The notes under the pieces: model-generated
The model's database searches: none
Seen by the model: the letters and a program-made list of their open reading frames with translations, nothing else
What the model was told of the DNA's origin: nothing
Part shown: positions 23,601 through 36,898 of the stretch, one piece after another
Layout: every line of letters starts with the position of its first letter
How positions within the stretch are numbered: the stretch's first letter is position 1
Program-made: the position numbers and the translations under genes
Source of the DNA: Monocercomonoides exilis PA203
Taxonomy: Eukaryota; Protista; Preaxostyla
Length of the DNA stretch: 64,000 bases
Assembly (NCBI GenBank): GCA_001643675.2
Contig: LSRY02000027.1
Location: 806,001 to 870,000, forward strand
Reading direction: 5' to 3'

Positions 23601-26600
23601 AAGTCAAACAGATCAATAGGCGCTTCGTTTGCAATATCGATCCCGAAGATAGCATTGCTCCTGTTGTACTCGTTTTCCCTCAAATCCATCTTGAACTGAG
23701 TGTCGTTCACCTGCTTCGAGATCTCGATGCACTCCACAAATATGTCTCTTCCTTTCCATCCGCTGTTTCCGGAAAATTTGCACTTGTCAAAAATAAAGTT
23801 CAGCTCCCCAAACAGCTGCGATTTCACATAAATGCCTCCTCCTTTTCCAGTCTCGGGCGAGCATCCGCACTGAGACACATTTGACTGCTTCATCTCAAGC
23901 GATCCCCTTTCGTTCAACTCAAAGAATACAGCGCCTCCTTTCTCTGAGCTCAGAGCTTTACACCCATCAAAGCATGAGCTGTTGATCGCAAGAGTCGTTG
24001 TGCTTCTTCCGCGGCAGCATATAATGCTCGGCCCGTTTTGATGAGCAACACATAGTGCAAAATACGATTCGTCCAAAGAGATGTGTGTTTCCTTCTCTTC
24101 ATTTTGACTGGCGGATTCTTCTATCTCCATCAGCACGCTCCCGCTTTCGATGCTGCACGAGTGCATTTGAAGGCTCTTTAGCACACACTCGCATCCTGAT
24201 GTTATCGTAAAGACAGAATATATCATATTCACGCTTTCTATTGAAAGGGAATGAACTTTCACCGAGCCCTGCTTTGCCGCAACAAATCCTTGCCTGTGAT
24301 TTCCGTTTTCCTTTCTCGACTGCAACAAGCAATTGCTCAGCTCAAGTCTCCCCTTTGCATGATTTATCACTGCTTTTATCTCATTATCAAAGTCTTCCGT
24401 TAGCACAAACTTTATCAGCCCAAACTTCAATTCTCCTGAGTTCTCTATAAAAGTTTCGCCTTCTCTTGAACTCTTTTTGTCAAATATCAGAGAAGAATAT
24501 TCCTGTTCCTCTGTATCGTCTGTACCAGAGGAAAACGCATAATTAGTCATGTTGTATGAATCATTGACTTCTGCCGAACCTTCAATGATTAATGCTTTTG
24601 AAACTACCTCTCCAGCACAGTGTGCGATTCCTTGCCATAACGACAAGCAAGGCTCCTCAGAGCTTCCACAGCGAGCAAAATCATGACCTTTATCAGATAT
24701 ATGAATTGTTGATGAACGGTAATCAACAAGAAACTTGAATAAGTCGCATTCGTCGAACACCATGTCTTTCCCCACATACAGCTCGCCGTCTGCGCTGCTT
24801 GGCCCCCACAAAAAATCAAAGCTTGCATTGGTCACAGTTGCATTCAAGTCAGACGAGACAAGAAACATATTCTTCCCAACATTTGCGTTGTTTTCACTAA
24901 AATCGACGCCATGCAAGCTAAATGGGGTTGATGATGCGCTTTCGTTACAATCCAAATACAAAAAACCCCCTCTTCCGCTTGCCGTCGAGCAGCTGCAGTT
25001 TCTGCCTGTTGTGTTCGTCATGACAAATTCATCAAGCGCATCCAACACAACCATCTGAACTCCGCCAGCACTACACTTAGAAGAACTGACATTTTCATAT
25101 AAACCTCCCTCAAAATAGGTATCTGCCAATAAGTTGAAAGGAGAAACCGCAAAAGCCATGTTAATGATTGTCGTATTGACGATCTCACTTTTTCCTGATC
25201 TTGTCTCAAGCACATGGTATCCAACTGATTCGGCACTTGCTGTCGAAAATGAGCACGCATCCATCGTGATTATCTCAGCTGGCGCCTCGCTGAGCAGAAG
25301 TGCATTAATGTCATCTGAAATAATCGGAGGAATGACAAATTCTATCCTCCTGATGGTCAGCGACAACTCGTTCAGAAGGACACATTTCCTGCTGTTTGCT
25401 TCAACTCCATCCATTACAATTACCCTCGCAAGCTCAGCGATCGACGATTCCTGTTTCTCATGCTCCAAAACAAACGTTGAGAGGTTATGATAATCAGCCA
25501 AGCATGTCTCGTCTCTGATCTCCAAGACTTTCAAAAGAGAATCTCTTTCCATATTCTGCACGCCTCTCCAGAATGTGTGGCACGCCATCTCCTTCTTTCC
25601 ACATCCCAGCACATCCAAACCTTCTGAAGACACACAGATTTCGCTCGAGCAATACTGCGTCAACAGCAAATCCAGATCCACCACTTTTCCGCGAAATAGG
25701 TCCGAATCTGTTCCGGCCATATCGGCTTTCCCATTTTCTCTGTCCCCAGCAATCGACACAAATCGACTGGAAGCAATACTCTCGTTCAATGCTTTGCATA
25801 CAACAAATACATCTCGACCATACTTCCCGCTATTTCCGGCAAATGAAATGCTCTCCAGAGAAAAATTGCTGTTTGAGTTATTTCCCAAGCTTAATAGCAG
25901 GCCTCCTCCTTTTCCGCTGCTTTGATCCACACTGCACTCAGAAATCGATGTATTTCGCATTTTCAAGCATTCTTTGTTATCCAGCTGGCACAGCATAAAC
26001 CCGCCTTCTCCATTCTCAGCCCCATTGCTACAGCATCTGAAGGAACAGTTCCCTGATATTTCTGTTGCATGAACCCCAGTAATGCTAATAAATGGCCCTT
26101 CAGATGATGAGCAGACAGCCACTTCAGAATATTCGACTTTCACATTCTTTGCATTGACTGCCTGTATCAATCCATGCTCCTGGCCATGTGCCGACACATC
26201 CAAAGCGGTCAAGTGAGAAACGATCAGCTCTCCACCATCTACCACAGCAACTCCTCCTTTTCCTGAAAAGACGATGCCTGGCACAGACACATTGTTGAAG
26301 CGGATGCTGCTGCCACATCCTTTGGCAATCCACATCGTTGTGCATGCCGACTCCTCGTTTGTGGTGCCTGCTGCCAGCTGGATTGCACACTTCGTAATAA
26401 ATATTTTCCCTGCACTCCCGCTTATCACAGCATCAACAGAACTGGATGTTGGTAGCATTATGATCAGATCGGTGACAGTCATGCTTGTCGAAGAATCACC
26501 GCGAGTCTGAGACAGACAGCCACCTGACTCCACATAAAGAATCGATCTTTCTGCTTGGCTGCCTCTCAACGTCAGGGGAGCATTATCTCTTTCCATTTTC

Positions 26601-29600
26601 TTGCTGATCCTGCCTGAATCGTTGATGTGCAGAAACATTTTTGACTCGTCCATTTTTCTAAAGCCTTCATACAGATCGCCACATGGCTTTAGGTCGTCTC
26701 CACAATCGCTTTCATTGGATCCTCCTGCCATCACGAACACGATGTCAGTTTTGGGGGGAAATAGAAACCTCAAAATAGTTTCGCTGATCTGCGCCGAAAC
26801 ATCGCTGTCTGCAGTCCATAGCGTGCTGCTATCCTGCCCTTCAACTGCAGATCCTTCCCAATGCGCTATATCGATCATGTTGCGGGGCGAAGGACACACC
26901 ATGAACACATCTCTTCCCAGATATGCCTTGTTCTGCCCGAAGTTATCGTTCATCATGGAGTAGTGGGTATCCATGGCTCCCAGTTTCACGTACAGCCCAC
27001 CTCCCAATCCTTCGACTGTTGGCACCTCGCACGAACTCACGGAGTTGTTGTCGAATATCAACTGCCCTCTTGATTCCACATTTGCATATATTGCTCCTCC
27101 TGTCAGTTCTGCAGCGCACTTGCATCTGTCAAATGTGTTGTTTCTAAAAGTGGCTGACCCGTCTTCATCGAAATTCCCGCTGAATGCTGCCCCTTTTCCT
27201 GTTCCGCGAGTGACTCCATTAAACAGTGTGTCTAATATTGTCACATCTGCCTTCCCGTTCGCCTCAATCATGCAGCAGCTCACTTCCTCTGCATTTCCAA
27301 ATCCGCTCTTTTCAACTTTTAGGATACACCCTGGTCCGACTTCTATCAGCCCTCTTGTGCCGCTTTTCTGCACTCCCTCCCAGTGCACATTGCTCAGTTG
27401 TGCCTCGGAGCTTCTTCCGATGCTCCGAACAGATATCAGATATTCAGATCCAAACAACATGTTGCACACTTCGAAATCCATCACAACCAATTTTCCCCCT
27501 TCAACGGCAAACAGCCCGAACAATGGCTGCTGCCCTGCTTCTTTCATTTCAGCCGAGCAGCCGTTCACAATGCAAGTGGAGCTTGAGCATAATAAGAGCA
27601 CTTCTCTCATCGACAGCGAAGGAGGAAGGAGAAAAGTGATGTTATTGAATGTGATCGCATTTCCGGTCTCAATCAAGCCGATTCCTTCTCCGCTTCCTCC
27701 AGAATTCACTGCAATCTTGTGTCTTTCTTCTGCTGTGTCGATGAACATTTCTTGTGTTTTGAGAGCAAGATGATCGCGAAATGCGAAGGATTCGAGAAGC
27801 CTGAGGATTGCTTTTCCTTCTTTGAATCTGTTCGCCACAGCATAAGGAATCGACGGACAGGGAAAGTCTATGTATCCACACACCCGACATTCCTCCGCAG
27901 AATCTCCGCCAATGAGCACGGGTTGTGGAGGATCTCGCAAAAACAGCACCAACGGAACAGCGGTTGAAGTGACTTCATTCTCATAGCCGCAAAACTCGTC
28001 GAAGTCTGGTGCCTCCTCTATCTCAACATCTATCACAATGTTCATTGACTCCCTCGTGACTCTCTCACTTAGGTTGTCCGAGCTAACAAACATGTTCTTC
28101 CCTCTCCATGCATTGCATTCTGAAAATGACACAGTGGCGAGCCTGAAGGAAGATGCGCCCCAACACGAGACAAACAGTCCGCCCCCTAAGCCCCTGCCAC
28201 TCGCTGAGTCGCTTGGCACTGAGCATCTCCACAAAGAAGTATTGGTTATCCAAAGCCTCTGACGGTTTCCTTTTGCTGTCATGATCCCTCCTCCAACGCC
28301 GCTTCCAGCGCAAACGCTGCAACCGTCGAATGTGCAGTCTTCAATCTCAATTGCTGTTTCTCCTTCTTCTTCTCCATCCTCTTCTCCTTCTTTGACAGAA
28401 ATGCAGGAAGAGTTTCCATCTGCGTGGCGCACGCTTCTGAATGTGCAGTTGATGAAAGAAGTTGCACTCAACGGACTGATCATGACAGCTGATTCTTTGC
28501 AAGTCAGATCGACGGCAGACGAGCTCGAGCCAAACACTACATCTTTCCCATCAAAGCTGCCTTTAACTATTTCGAGCAAGAAGCATCCGAGTCTGTGCTC
28601 TTCACCTGTGCTGAATGTGCATTTGTCGATGTGCAGCATTTTACTCGAAGAGATGATGCATGCTCTGCTTCCTGTTTGCACAATCGGAAGGATGATTTGC
28701 AGATTTCGCACAGTCAGCTCAATTGACGAAGTGATAGCGGCATTTTCCTCTCCCCCAAGAGAATTGTTCACAGCCACTGCCGAATCTCCTGCGCTTCCAA
28801 TCAATGAAAACTCCGATCCAGAAGATGCATTGCCATTGAGAAAGTTCAAATGCCAAGTGTGTGGAAAAGGGAGTGCAGACGCTGAGCTTGATGGATTGAG
28901 TTCGTGTAATGCCACTGCTGCGTTCAGATAAGACCTTGAGGAAACACAAAGCGAGAAGAGTGGAAGAGAGGATGTGGAAGAAAACTGTTTTGTGCGCCGA
29001 AGAAGTATTTCGTAATCAAGTGTCTTGCACGGTGTCTGCTCAAACCCGCAGGCACTAAAGTCGCCTCCACTCTCCTCATCCGCAAATCCACACCCGCTGA
29101 AGTTATCCCACAGATACACCACCAGAGGAATTGCATACTGCTCGTTTGTGGTGCTCCTCTCAAACCCGCTCAATCCCCTTATATCCCTCAAGTTCACTGC
29201 CATTTTCACTCTTTCAGGAGTAATAAGTCTCGACAAGTCTGCAGCAACAACAAACACATTATTGCCCCTTGCGGCAACACAGTTGCTGAACAGGGCAGAT
29301 TCCAGCAATATATCTTCTGCATTGCCAATCATTTCAATGAATATCCCGCCTCCATTCCCCGACCCCTCCGCATCCCTTTCCTGGGCCTCGCATTTCCTCA
29401 GCTCCACAGCACACTCAGCATCCCCCAGCTGCATCGACGAGCCGCTCTCCAGCTTCACGCTCATCCCACCACCATTCCCGTCGATGCTGGTGCAGTTCTC
29501 AAACACTCCTCCAACAACAATCAGCGTGCTTCCGCGCTTCACAACCCCCTCGACGACGCATCCTCCGCTTCTTTCAAGTTTCATGTTGCTGGCTGTGTTA

Positions 29601-32600
29601 TTCGCAAGCTGCACAACTGCACTTCTGCTCGCATCAACCGCTCCGCTGTCGCTCATCTTTACAAAGTGGCAGCATAACGCTCCGTCTTGCCAAGCAAGTG
29701 TCGAATTCCTCAGTTCTATGCTGCTCCCTGCTTTTGCCTCAATCAGTCCAGTCTCCGCTGTTGTGGTTGTGTTTGTGAGCGACAACTTGTCCAGTCTTGC
29801 ACTGGCACACGTATTCTCGATTACAAACAGGCTGACTCCGCTCATGCGCAATCCCGCTGCATTGAATTGAATGCACTCCAATGACCCGCCCTTCATGCAA
29901 ATCAGCCCATAGCTCACAGCTTCTGTTTGCTGATCCATTTGTATCCCGCAAAGAGACAGCTTCAGTGTTCCGTTCAGCCCCTGGATCAGCACTGCATTGC
30001 TTGACGAGTCCGAAGGAGACAATCTGCCGGGCACAGCGAACATCACGTTTGTAATGTCCGTATTGGCTTTTGCAGCAATCATAGCTTCTGCATTTGCAGC
30101 TCGTGATGCTCCAACTCTGATCTTTTCCTGTGCCGTACACCCTATGTCCCATGCTGGGCCAGTCATCTCCGCTGCATCATTCCAGACAAATCCGCTGTTC
30201 AGCACGATTATTCTTTTTGTGTTTTCAAAGAGCAGCAGTCCTGTGTACTGAACTGAACAGCATGGATACTCTTTACTGCCACATCCTCTGAAGTCGCGGC
30301 TTTTCTCTCCCCCAACATACCCTTTTCCTCCAAATTCAATCAGGAAGGCTTTCAGCGGCACTGGATCTGTGCCAAATCCGTCTTCGTATCCCATCAGATC
30401 GTCATCCTCCATGCTATCTGTGCCAAAGGCAATCGAATCTCTGCTAATTACTGTGCTCAGACGCGGAGCGCTCACAAACATGTTTCTGCCTTTCCACCCA
30501 TCGCACGACTGAAAATCAACGTGCTGGAACTTGAATTTTGCATCTTCCCCAGAGACAGTTACATACGACCCTCCACCCCTGCAAGCAGGTCCTTCCTTGG
30601 AAACTGTGCATTGTGAGAACAGTGCCAGTGAACTCTTTCCAATTTCCATGAAGCTCCCTTCTCCAAGGCTTGCCCAGATCCCCCCTCCATCATTGCTGCT
30701 GCATCCGCAATTTGCCAGCGAAGTGTTGTCCAGATCCAGTGTGCATGCGCTCTGAAGCGAGCCATGAATTGCTGCTCCACTTCCTGAGCTTCTCACAATC
30801 TCTGAAAATGTTGCATTTGCGCACACTGTGGATCCTCCCTCCACCGAAATTGCAGCTGCATCCGCAAGCGAGAATCCCACAATTTTGGTGCTTAACAGAT
30901 TCAGTTTTCCAGCAGATGCAACAAGGATTAAGGGAGATTCGAACCTGGCAGAAGCGGCTGATTGTGCGCCTCCTGGTGCGATTATGCATTCCTCAAGAAC
31001 AAAAACTCCTGATGAAGTGATCTGTGCAAGAGGGCATTCAGAGGATATCGACGAATCATGCACAAATGAAGAAGTAGTCCATCTCAACTCACCACCAGCC
31101 ACACTTATCAACGGCTGTTGCAGTGGCAAAGGCGATGCAGTGATGTCTTTGCTGATGATAGTCAGCTCGTTTGAAACGCCCTTCACCAGCACTTTTATCC
31201 TCTCAACCACAAGCGGACATTCGCTCAGGCTTTCAGACTCCAGCTGCACAATAGGCTCGTCCTCTGCTCCGATCCCCCACAGCGGCATTTCGAGCGCAAT
31301 GGCAATTGTTTTGCACTTTCTTTCTGCCCAACCGCACATCCCTTCTCCGCTTCCTCTGGCACTGCTCACATAAATCGGATAGTTCATGTGCCGCAGCCAG
31401 CCATCGCACACGACATCAGCCACCACCACTCTCCGTTCTTTGTTGGTGAATGTTCGGCAAGTCTCAAGCGATGTCTCATTGAACAATGACGTCACATTGT
31501 TTGCAACGTGAATATCGTGTCCTTCGTCCGATTCGGAAGTGTTGTTTCGGAATAAGCAAAAGAGGAGTTGACATGTGGATTCGTGGCTGGGATGCGTATG
31601 TATGGTTATTCCTCCTCCAAGAATTGCTGATACCAAGTTTGAAAATACACAATTTTTGACAATTGTTTTGCATGATGAACCAATGTCAATTCCACCACCA
31701 CCTTGATCGGTTCCATTGCATCTGCAGTTTTGGAATAAGCATTGATCAATAATGTCACCTTCATTACTAGTGTGATGATTAATTGCTCCTCCACCCATCA
31801 CGTCTGAGCTATTTTCAAATAGACAACTATCAATAATCAGTGAATCTTCATTATATATAATACAACATCCTCCATAATACCCTGATTCACAAAAAGAGAA
31901 ATTTGTACTAATGAGATTTATGGTTTGTTTTATTGCAGAATATATTGCACCTCCACTTGAAGAACTTGAGCAATGCTTGAAGCTACATCTTTCAATGATC
32001 AAGGAATTATTTGCTGAATGGAAAATTGCACCTCCAGATCCTTGATGAGTTCTGGTCATAACGAAGTCCACATCACTGAATAAAGAAACATTTGAGGAAG
32101 ATGTGTCGGTTCTTTCTGTGATTAGCTCTCTTTGCCGATTGCATTTGTGAAAAGAGCAATTCAGAAAAGCAAAGCCTCCTTTCCTGCAGATGCTTTCAAA
32201 AAGGCTGCCATGCAGTGCATTTTCGACACATTCAAACATGGACAGTTCAGCCAGCATTGTGCATGCGGAACATGAAGCAGTATGCTTTTCATTTTGGGGG
32301 AAAGCTGAAGGAGACAGCGAAATGTTGGAAAAGTGTGTATTGCTGATGTGGAGGTGCTCCAGAGTGTTTGATGAAAAGAACGGCAAAGATTCTTCCAGTG
32401 AAAATGATGAAAACGATGACGAGGAAACAAACAGCATTGAATATGCAGTATTTCTGCTCAGACTTTGCAAAGATGGATCGATCAGCGGTTGGACGGTGTG
32501 TCCTGGAGGGTGAAGCAGCACTGTCAGATTATTCAGAATCAGCACTGTGGAGCGAACGCTGATGAAGCTGCTCTGTTGTGGATTTGCCACGCACATGATG

Positions 32601-32961
32601 CAGGAATGAAACCTGATTTCAGGTGAATCACTGGATGAAAGAAAGTGACTATCGGGCATTTGGCTCAAGTGCAACTTCTGCAAATTCAGGGTGCAGTTTG
32701 TTGTGAAAACAAGAGTTGAAAATTTTGTATCTGTGTGTTTTATGAATGATTATTGAAATAATTAATGTGTCATATTTTACGAAAAAAGTTTATCACACAT
32801 AAAAGTGGTGGCTTAATCAAATTTGGAGAATATTTGAGTTGGGCTATTTCGTCATAAATTGGAATATTTGTTGTCAGGATAATTTGAGATAAGAAACATT
32901 CACAAAAATTATTTGTATGAAGAGCCGAGATTGTCATGAATAACGTTAGTGCTTTGAACAT
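20648..32961 (-). CDS. Giant receptor-like protein, copy B (mirror of copy A)
   Basis: ORFs 21413..32683 and 20598..21476. One-base shifts in homopolymers at ~21503-21507 (G5 vs G6 in copy A) and ~20821-20826 (T6 vs T5). Predicted signal exon 32961-32781 and intron 32731-32780. Stop mirrored at 20648-20650. Confidence 0.85.
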
Positions 32962-33458
32962 TTTTGATTTTTGGTAAATTTATTATTCCTTTTTGCTTTT
33001 GCAGATCTCAATTAATTTGTTCTCCCTTTTTTTTAGAATCTTGTTTCTCTTTGAAGCCTTTTTTTATATAATTTATAGTGATTTGCATTCATTAAAAAGA
33101 TATTTTTAATGTTTTCAATAATTCTAACTATTGAAAAGCGGTGCTAATATGAGATATTTGAACGTTTAAAAATTCTGAAAAAAAAAACACAACCAATTTT
33201 TTTTTTTAATAGTTTGTCCAATGGGACGAAATATAAAGCTTCAAGAATTTTGTTCCACATATGGCTTTCAAATATTTTTCTCAACTGTAAAAATTTCCTT
33301 CTTTTTTTTTGAACCAGAATGTCAGAATTACACTTATTCGATTGCAAAAAAAGTTTGGAACAAATCATAATATTTTTCATCAATTCAAAAAAATTCTATC
33401 CGAAATTTAACATACATAGGGTCAGTTATTTATCGGGACCCTTTTTTTCTATTGGGAC

Positions 33459-33495
<37 letters not shown>

Positions 33496-33498
33496 ATA

Positions 33499-33758
33499 TG
33501 GGTGATTATTTTTGAAACCATATTGTTTAACACTAAATTTTCGGTGCTAAAATTTTTCTTGAATATCAATAAACAAAATTGAAAAGTGAAAAGGCTTATT
33601 GAATGCATTTTAATCTTTGATTCGGTAAAAAAACATTTGTTTTTTGAAAAAAATACCATGCTTTTTCTCTTTTGAATTAATATTTTCTTTCAATAAACTT
33701 TCAATCTTTGAAAAATCAACACCCCGAAAAAAGATATGATTTCAAAAATAATCACCCA
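33499..33758. mobile_element. 260-bp MITE nested in the pogo element
   Basis: TA|TGGGTGATTATTTTTGAAACCATA ... TATGATTTCAAAAATAATCACCCA|TA. Confidence 0.8.
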
Positions 33759-33849
33759 TATGAAAAAAAATTTAATAAAAAAAAATTAAAAAAACACAAA
33801 TGACGAATCCAATTTACGTATGACTTTTCATTTTCCTTTTTTTTCTTTC

Positions 33850-35425
33850 AGAACATTGATTTCTTCCATTTCATTTTCATGATCATCTTCTTTCACTTCA
33901 AATTTTCTCTTCATTTTTTTTCATTTCAACCAAAGACTCTTACTCATTATCTTCTTTTTGCTCTTCTTTTTTCATTTCTTCAGAAGAATTCTTATCATCA
34001 TCAACTTTTTCTTCTTTTTCAACTATTTCTTCTTCTTTAATTCCCAAATGTTCACTCCAATCATTCAGAAGCTTCTCGTCAGTAATTATACATGCCATAG
34101 AAGTCGAATCTGTTTGAATGTGATGAAGGTTGACATTCCGATGAATCTGGCAGCTTCATGAGAATCGGTCTAGATTCGTTTCGAAGAACTCCACTTGTTG
34201 CAAAGGCTTTTTTGATGACAGCAGGTGAGAGGGCGGTATGAATTGCTTGAGGGAGAACATCCACAAGAGCTGTTCTTTTCGATGAAGATGTCTATGAAGA
34301 TGGAGGTTCATGTTTTGCTTGCAGTTCTGTTTTGAGGACAGCGAAGACTTCTCTGTCAAGAGGCTGGGCGATATGTGTACTGTGAGGAATGAAGGTGACG
34401 ACGTCAATATTTTCTTTTTGAAATTCTCTCCAGATTGTTGGATCTGCGCGAGAAATGTGTGAGTCGATGAGAAGCAAGCAGCGAGAGTTTTCCAGTGACA
34501 TGTGCTTGCTGCGATCGATAATTCCTTGAAGGAGTGTTGTCAGTGCGTTCTTTTTGAATTGATTGCAGCCCATCCAACCACTTCCGTTCGGCCAGATATC
34601 CAGAGTCTGTGACAGCAGCGGCTTCATTTCATCAGAAAGACTCTTGCTAGGCCATAGAATCACAGAAGGAAATGCAAATCCATCAGCAGCCACAGCAGCA
34701 ACCAGAGTAGAATTATCAATTTTGGTGGTTCTTTGCGAAATCCTGGATTTTCATTTTTAAGATGAACCACCCTCAGCTTTGAATTGGTAGGAACTCTTTG
34801 TGATGATTCATCCATGTTGAATATTAGTTCTTTGCGGTATTCATTTTTTTCATGAAAGCCGTCCAGTAATGAATACCAGGGCTGTTGAATACTTTTGCCT
34901 TACACCGAAAGGCTATTAACATCAACATTTTTCGGTGAACTTCTCTTCAACTCGGGATGGCGCTTCACAAATTGGTAAGCCGTGACAATTGAAACGTTAA
35001 TATATGGTGAGTCTTTGGAATCTGTTTCATTAATCACATTTTCGATCTAATATATTTATTAGGATTATTTATTATTTAAGAACAACAAACCAGTTCGCGA
35101 ACTTCCCGTATAGGCAAACAGCTTCCAGATCTTGATTCAATGATAATTTCATCCAGCACAATTTGTTCTTTGTCTCCAATCACAAATTGCGGTCTTCCAA
35201 CTTTTGAAACCAGCCTTTTCTTCTCAGTGCCCTTACAGCATTTTTAATCCTTTTGCGTGAGAATTCCATGGAGTTTATTGCGTCTGTGATCCTGACAACT
35301 CCATCCACCACAATGCGCGCCATCCGTTCCAGCCGATTGTCAATCCTTCTGTAATCGAAAGATTTCATTGCAACACGTTATTTCCTTTGTCCAGCAATTC
35401 TCTTTTGTTCCTCAGCAATTTTCAT
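33850..35425 (-). pseudogene. Frameshifted pogo-family DDE_1 transposase
   Basis: Motifs ELIFNMDESS (~34802-34830), WPNGSGWM..F, CLLLIDSHISR, FIPHSTHIAQPLDREVFAVLK, IKKAF..SG, split over several short ORFs (35180..35368, 34292..34693, 34079..34264). Ends are approximate. Confidence 0.85.
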
Positions 35426-35772
35426 TTTTTTATTATGGTTATGATCTTTAGTCCAGTTTATTAATTTATTAATTTTAACTTACAATTTTCATTGAAATTA
35501 AATTTTTATTTACATTTTATACGAATTTATATGGTTTTACACCCCTTGTAACCCATCCATTTATTTATTTTTTTCGATGGAAGGGATTAACCCCTCCATC
35601 TCCCTCACATTGGAAATAGGCTTCGTATTCAAATGTAATTATCCTAATTTTCAGGGTTTGCTAACATACTGATAATGTTAATAAATATATAAAAAGTGGG
35701 AATTTTAATTTTCAATTAAAAAATTTAGGCACCGTTAAAAAAAAAAGGTCCCGATAAATAACTGACCCTATA

Positions 35773-36530
35773 TGGGTAAGTGGGAACAAAACGAACTGTT
35801 CAAAATGCTTTTAAAAACGAAAATGTTCATTATCAAAATAAGTGATAAGTCCATATGGGATATTTTTACTGGAAAATTTAATCCTATTCGAATTATTGAA
35901 TTTGTGACCCATTTTTGAAATTTTAAATCAACAAAACACATGTTTTTTTATCTTTTTTGATAAATAAAACCCTAATCAGTGATTTAGGTTCATATTATAA
36001 TTTATATGGGTGATTATTTTTGAAATCATAACTTTTTTCGGAACGCTGTTTTTTCAAAGGTTGTTAGTCTTTGGAAAGAAATTTTGAATTTATATGCAAA
36101 ATACTTTCCAATAGTTTCACAAACAAATGTTTTTGTTGAAATAAAGATGAAGACATCTTTTATAAGCCATTTCATTTTTCAGTGTTCATTTGTTAATGCT
36201 CAATGAAATTTTTCTTTCCGAAAATTTTGTTTGAAAAAATATGATTACAAAAATAATTACCCATATCATACCCTAATTCACTCGTTGTGAAGGAATTGAA
36301 ACCAATAGCCTCTCTTAAACCTAATAAAAATTTCTGAGAAATAATATTATTGGGGTTTGTTCATAGATTTTTTGATGAAAAAGGCGATTATTTATCACTT
36401 GAATTTTGAGTCGAAAATGAATATTTCAATTTTATTGATTGCTTTATATCCATTTAGTCCTGCTTTTTTTTAGAAATAAAACTCTATTTGTGTTATTTTT
36501 TGAACAGTGCGTTTTGTTCCCATTCATCCA
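35773..36530. mobile_element. Putative ~760-bp non-autonomous TIR element abutting the pogo element and hosting a MITE
   Basis: TGGGTAAGTGGGAACAAAACGAACTGTTCAAAA at 35773 has an imperfect inverted partner TTTTGAACAGTGCGTTTTGTTCCCATTCATCCA ending at 36530. Only one end survives in the left arm (~2976-3008). TSD unclear. Confidence 0.5.
36007..36263. mobile_element. 257-bp MITE (mirror of 3243-3498)
   Basis: TA|TGGGTGATTATTTTTGAAATCATA ... TATGATTACAAAAATAATTACCCA|TA. Confidence 0.8.
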
Positions 36531-36898
36531 TGGATGAATTAATTGTTATTATTTTTTCAAGCTAAAACGAGAAATGAATATACAACGATTTTGTATTTCA
36601 TAATCCATATCGAAAATTTAATATGAATTATTATTCGGATGATGAAAAAAAAAGCAAATTCATTAAAAATTGAAATGAAATATCTTTTAATCAGGAAAAA
36701 AGCTTTAAATGTTAATATTAACAGGAGCTATACTTATTTTTCATTAAAGAAAAGATCAGGATTTTTTTTTTTGACGTTTTTGCACAAATGCGATTTTTGA
36801 ACATCTATCAACACATCTTGTTGAATCTTTTGAGAATTAGCAAAAGTACGTTACATGCCGACAAAATCTGTTTTTTTCCATAATGTTTCCTTCCTTCT

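Larger units (their letters stand above)
33419..35768 (-). mobile_element. pogo/Tigger-type (Tc1/mariner superfamily) DNA transposon, 2.35 kb, degenerate
   Basis: Perfect 22-bp TIRs GGGTCAGTTATTTATCGGGACC (33419-33440 and 35747-35768), TA on both sides, internal DDE_1 transposase remnants. Confidence 0.9.

Noticed and set aside
4440-32562. Numerous 60-390-aa antisense and alternative-frame ORFs, apparently conserved in two copies
   Set aside because: Shadows of the long receptor ORFs; their duplication simply reflects the palindrome
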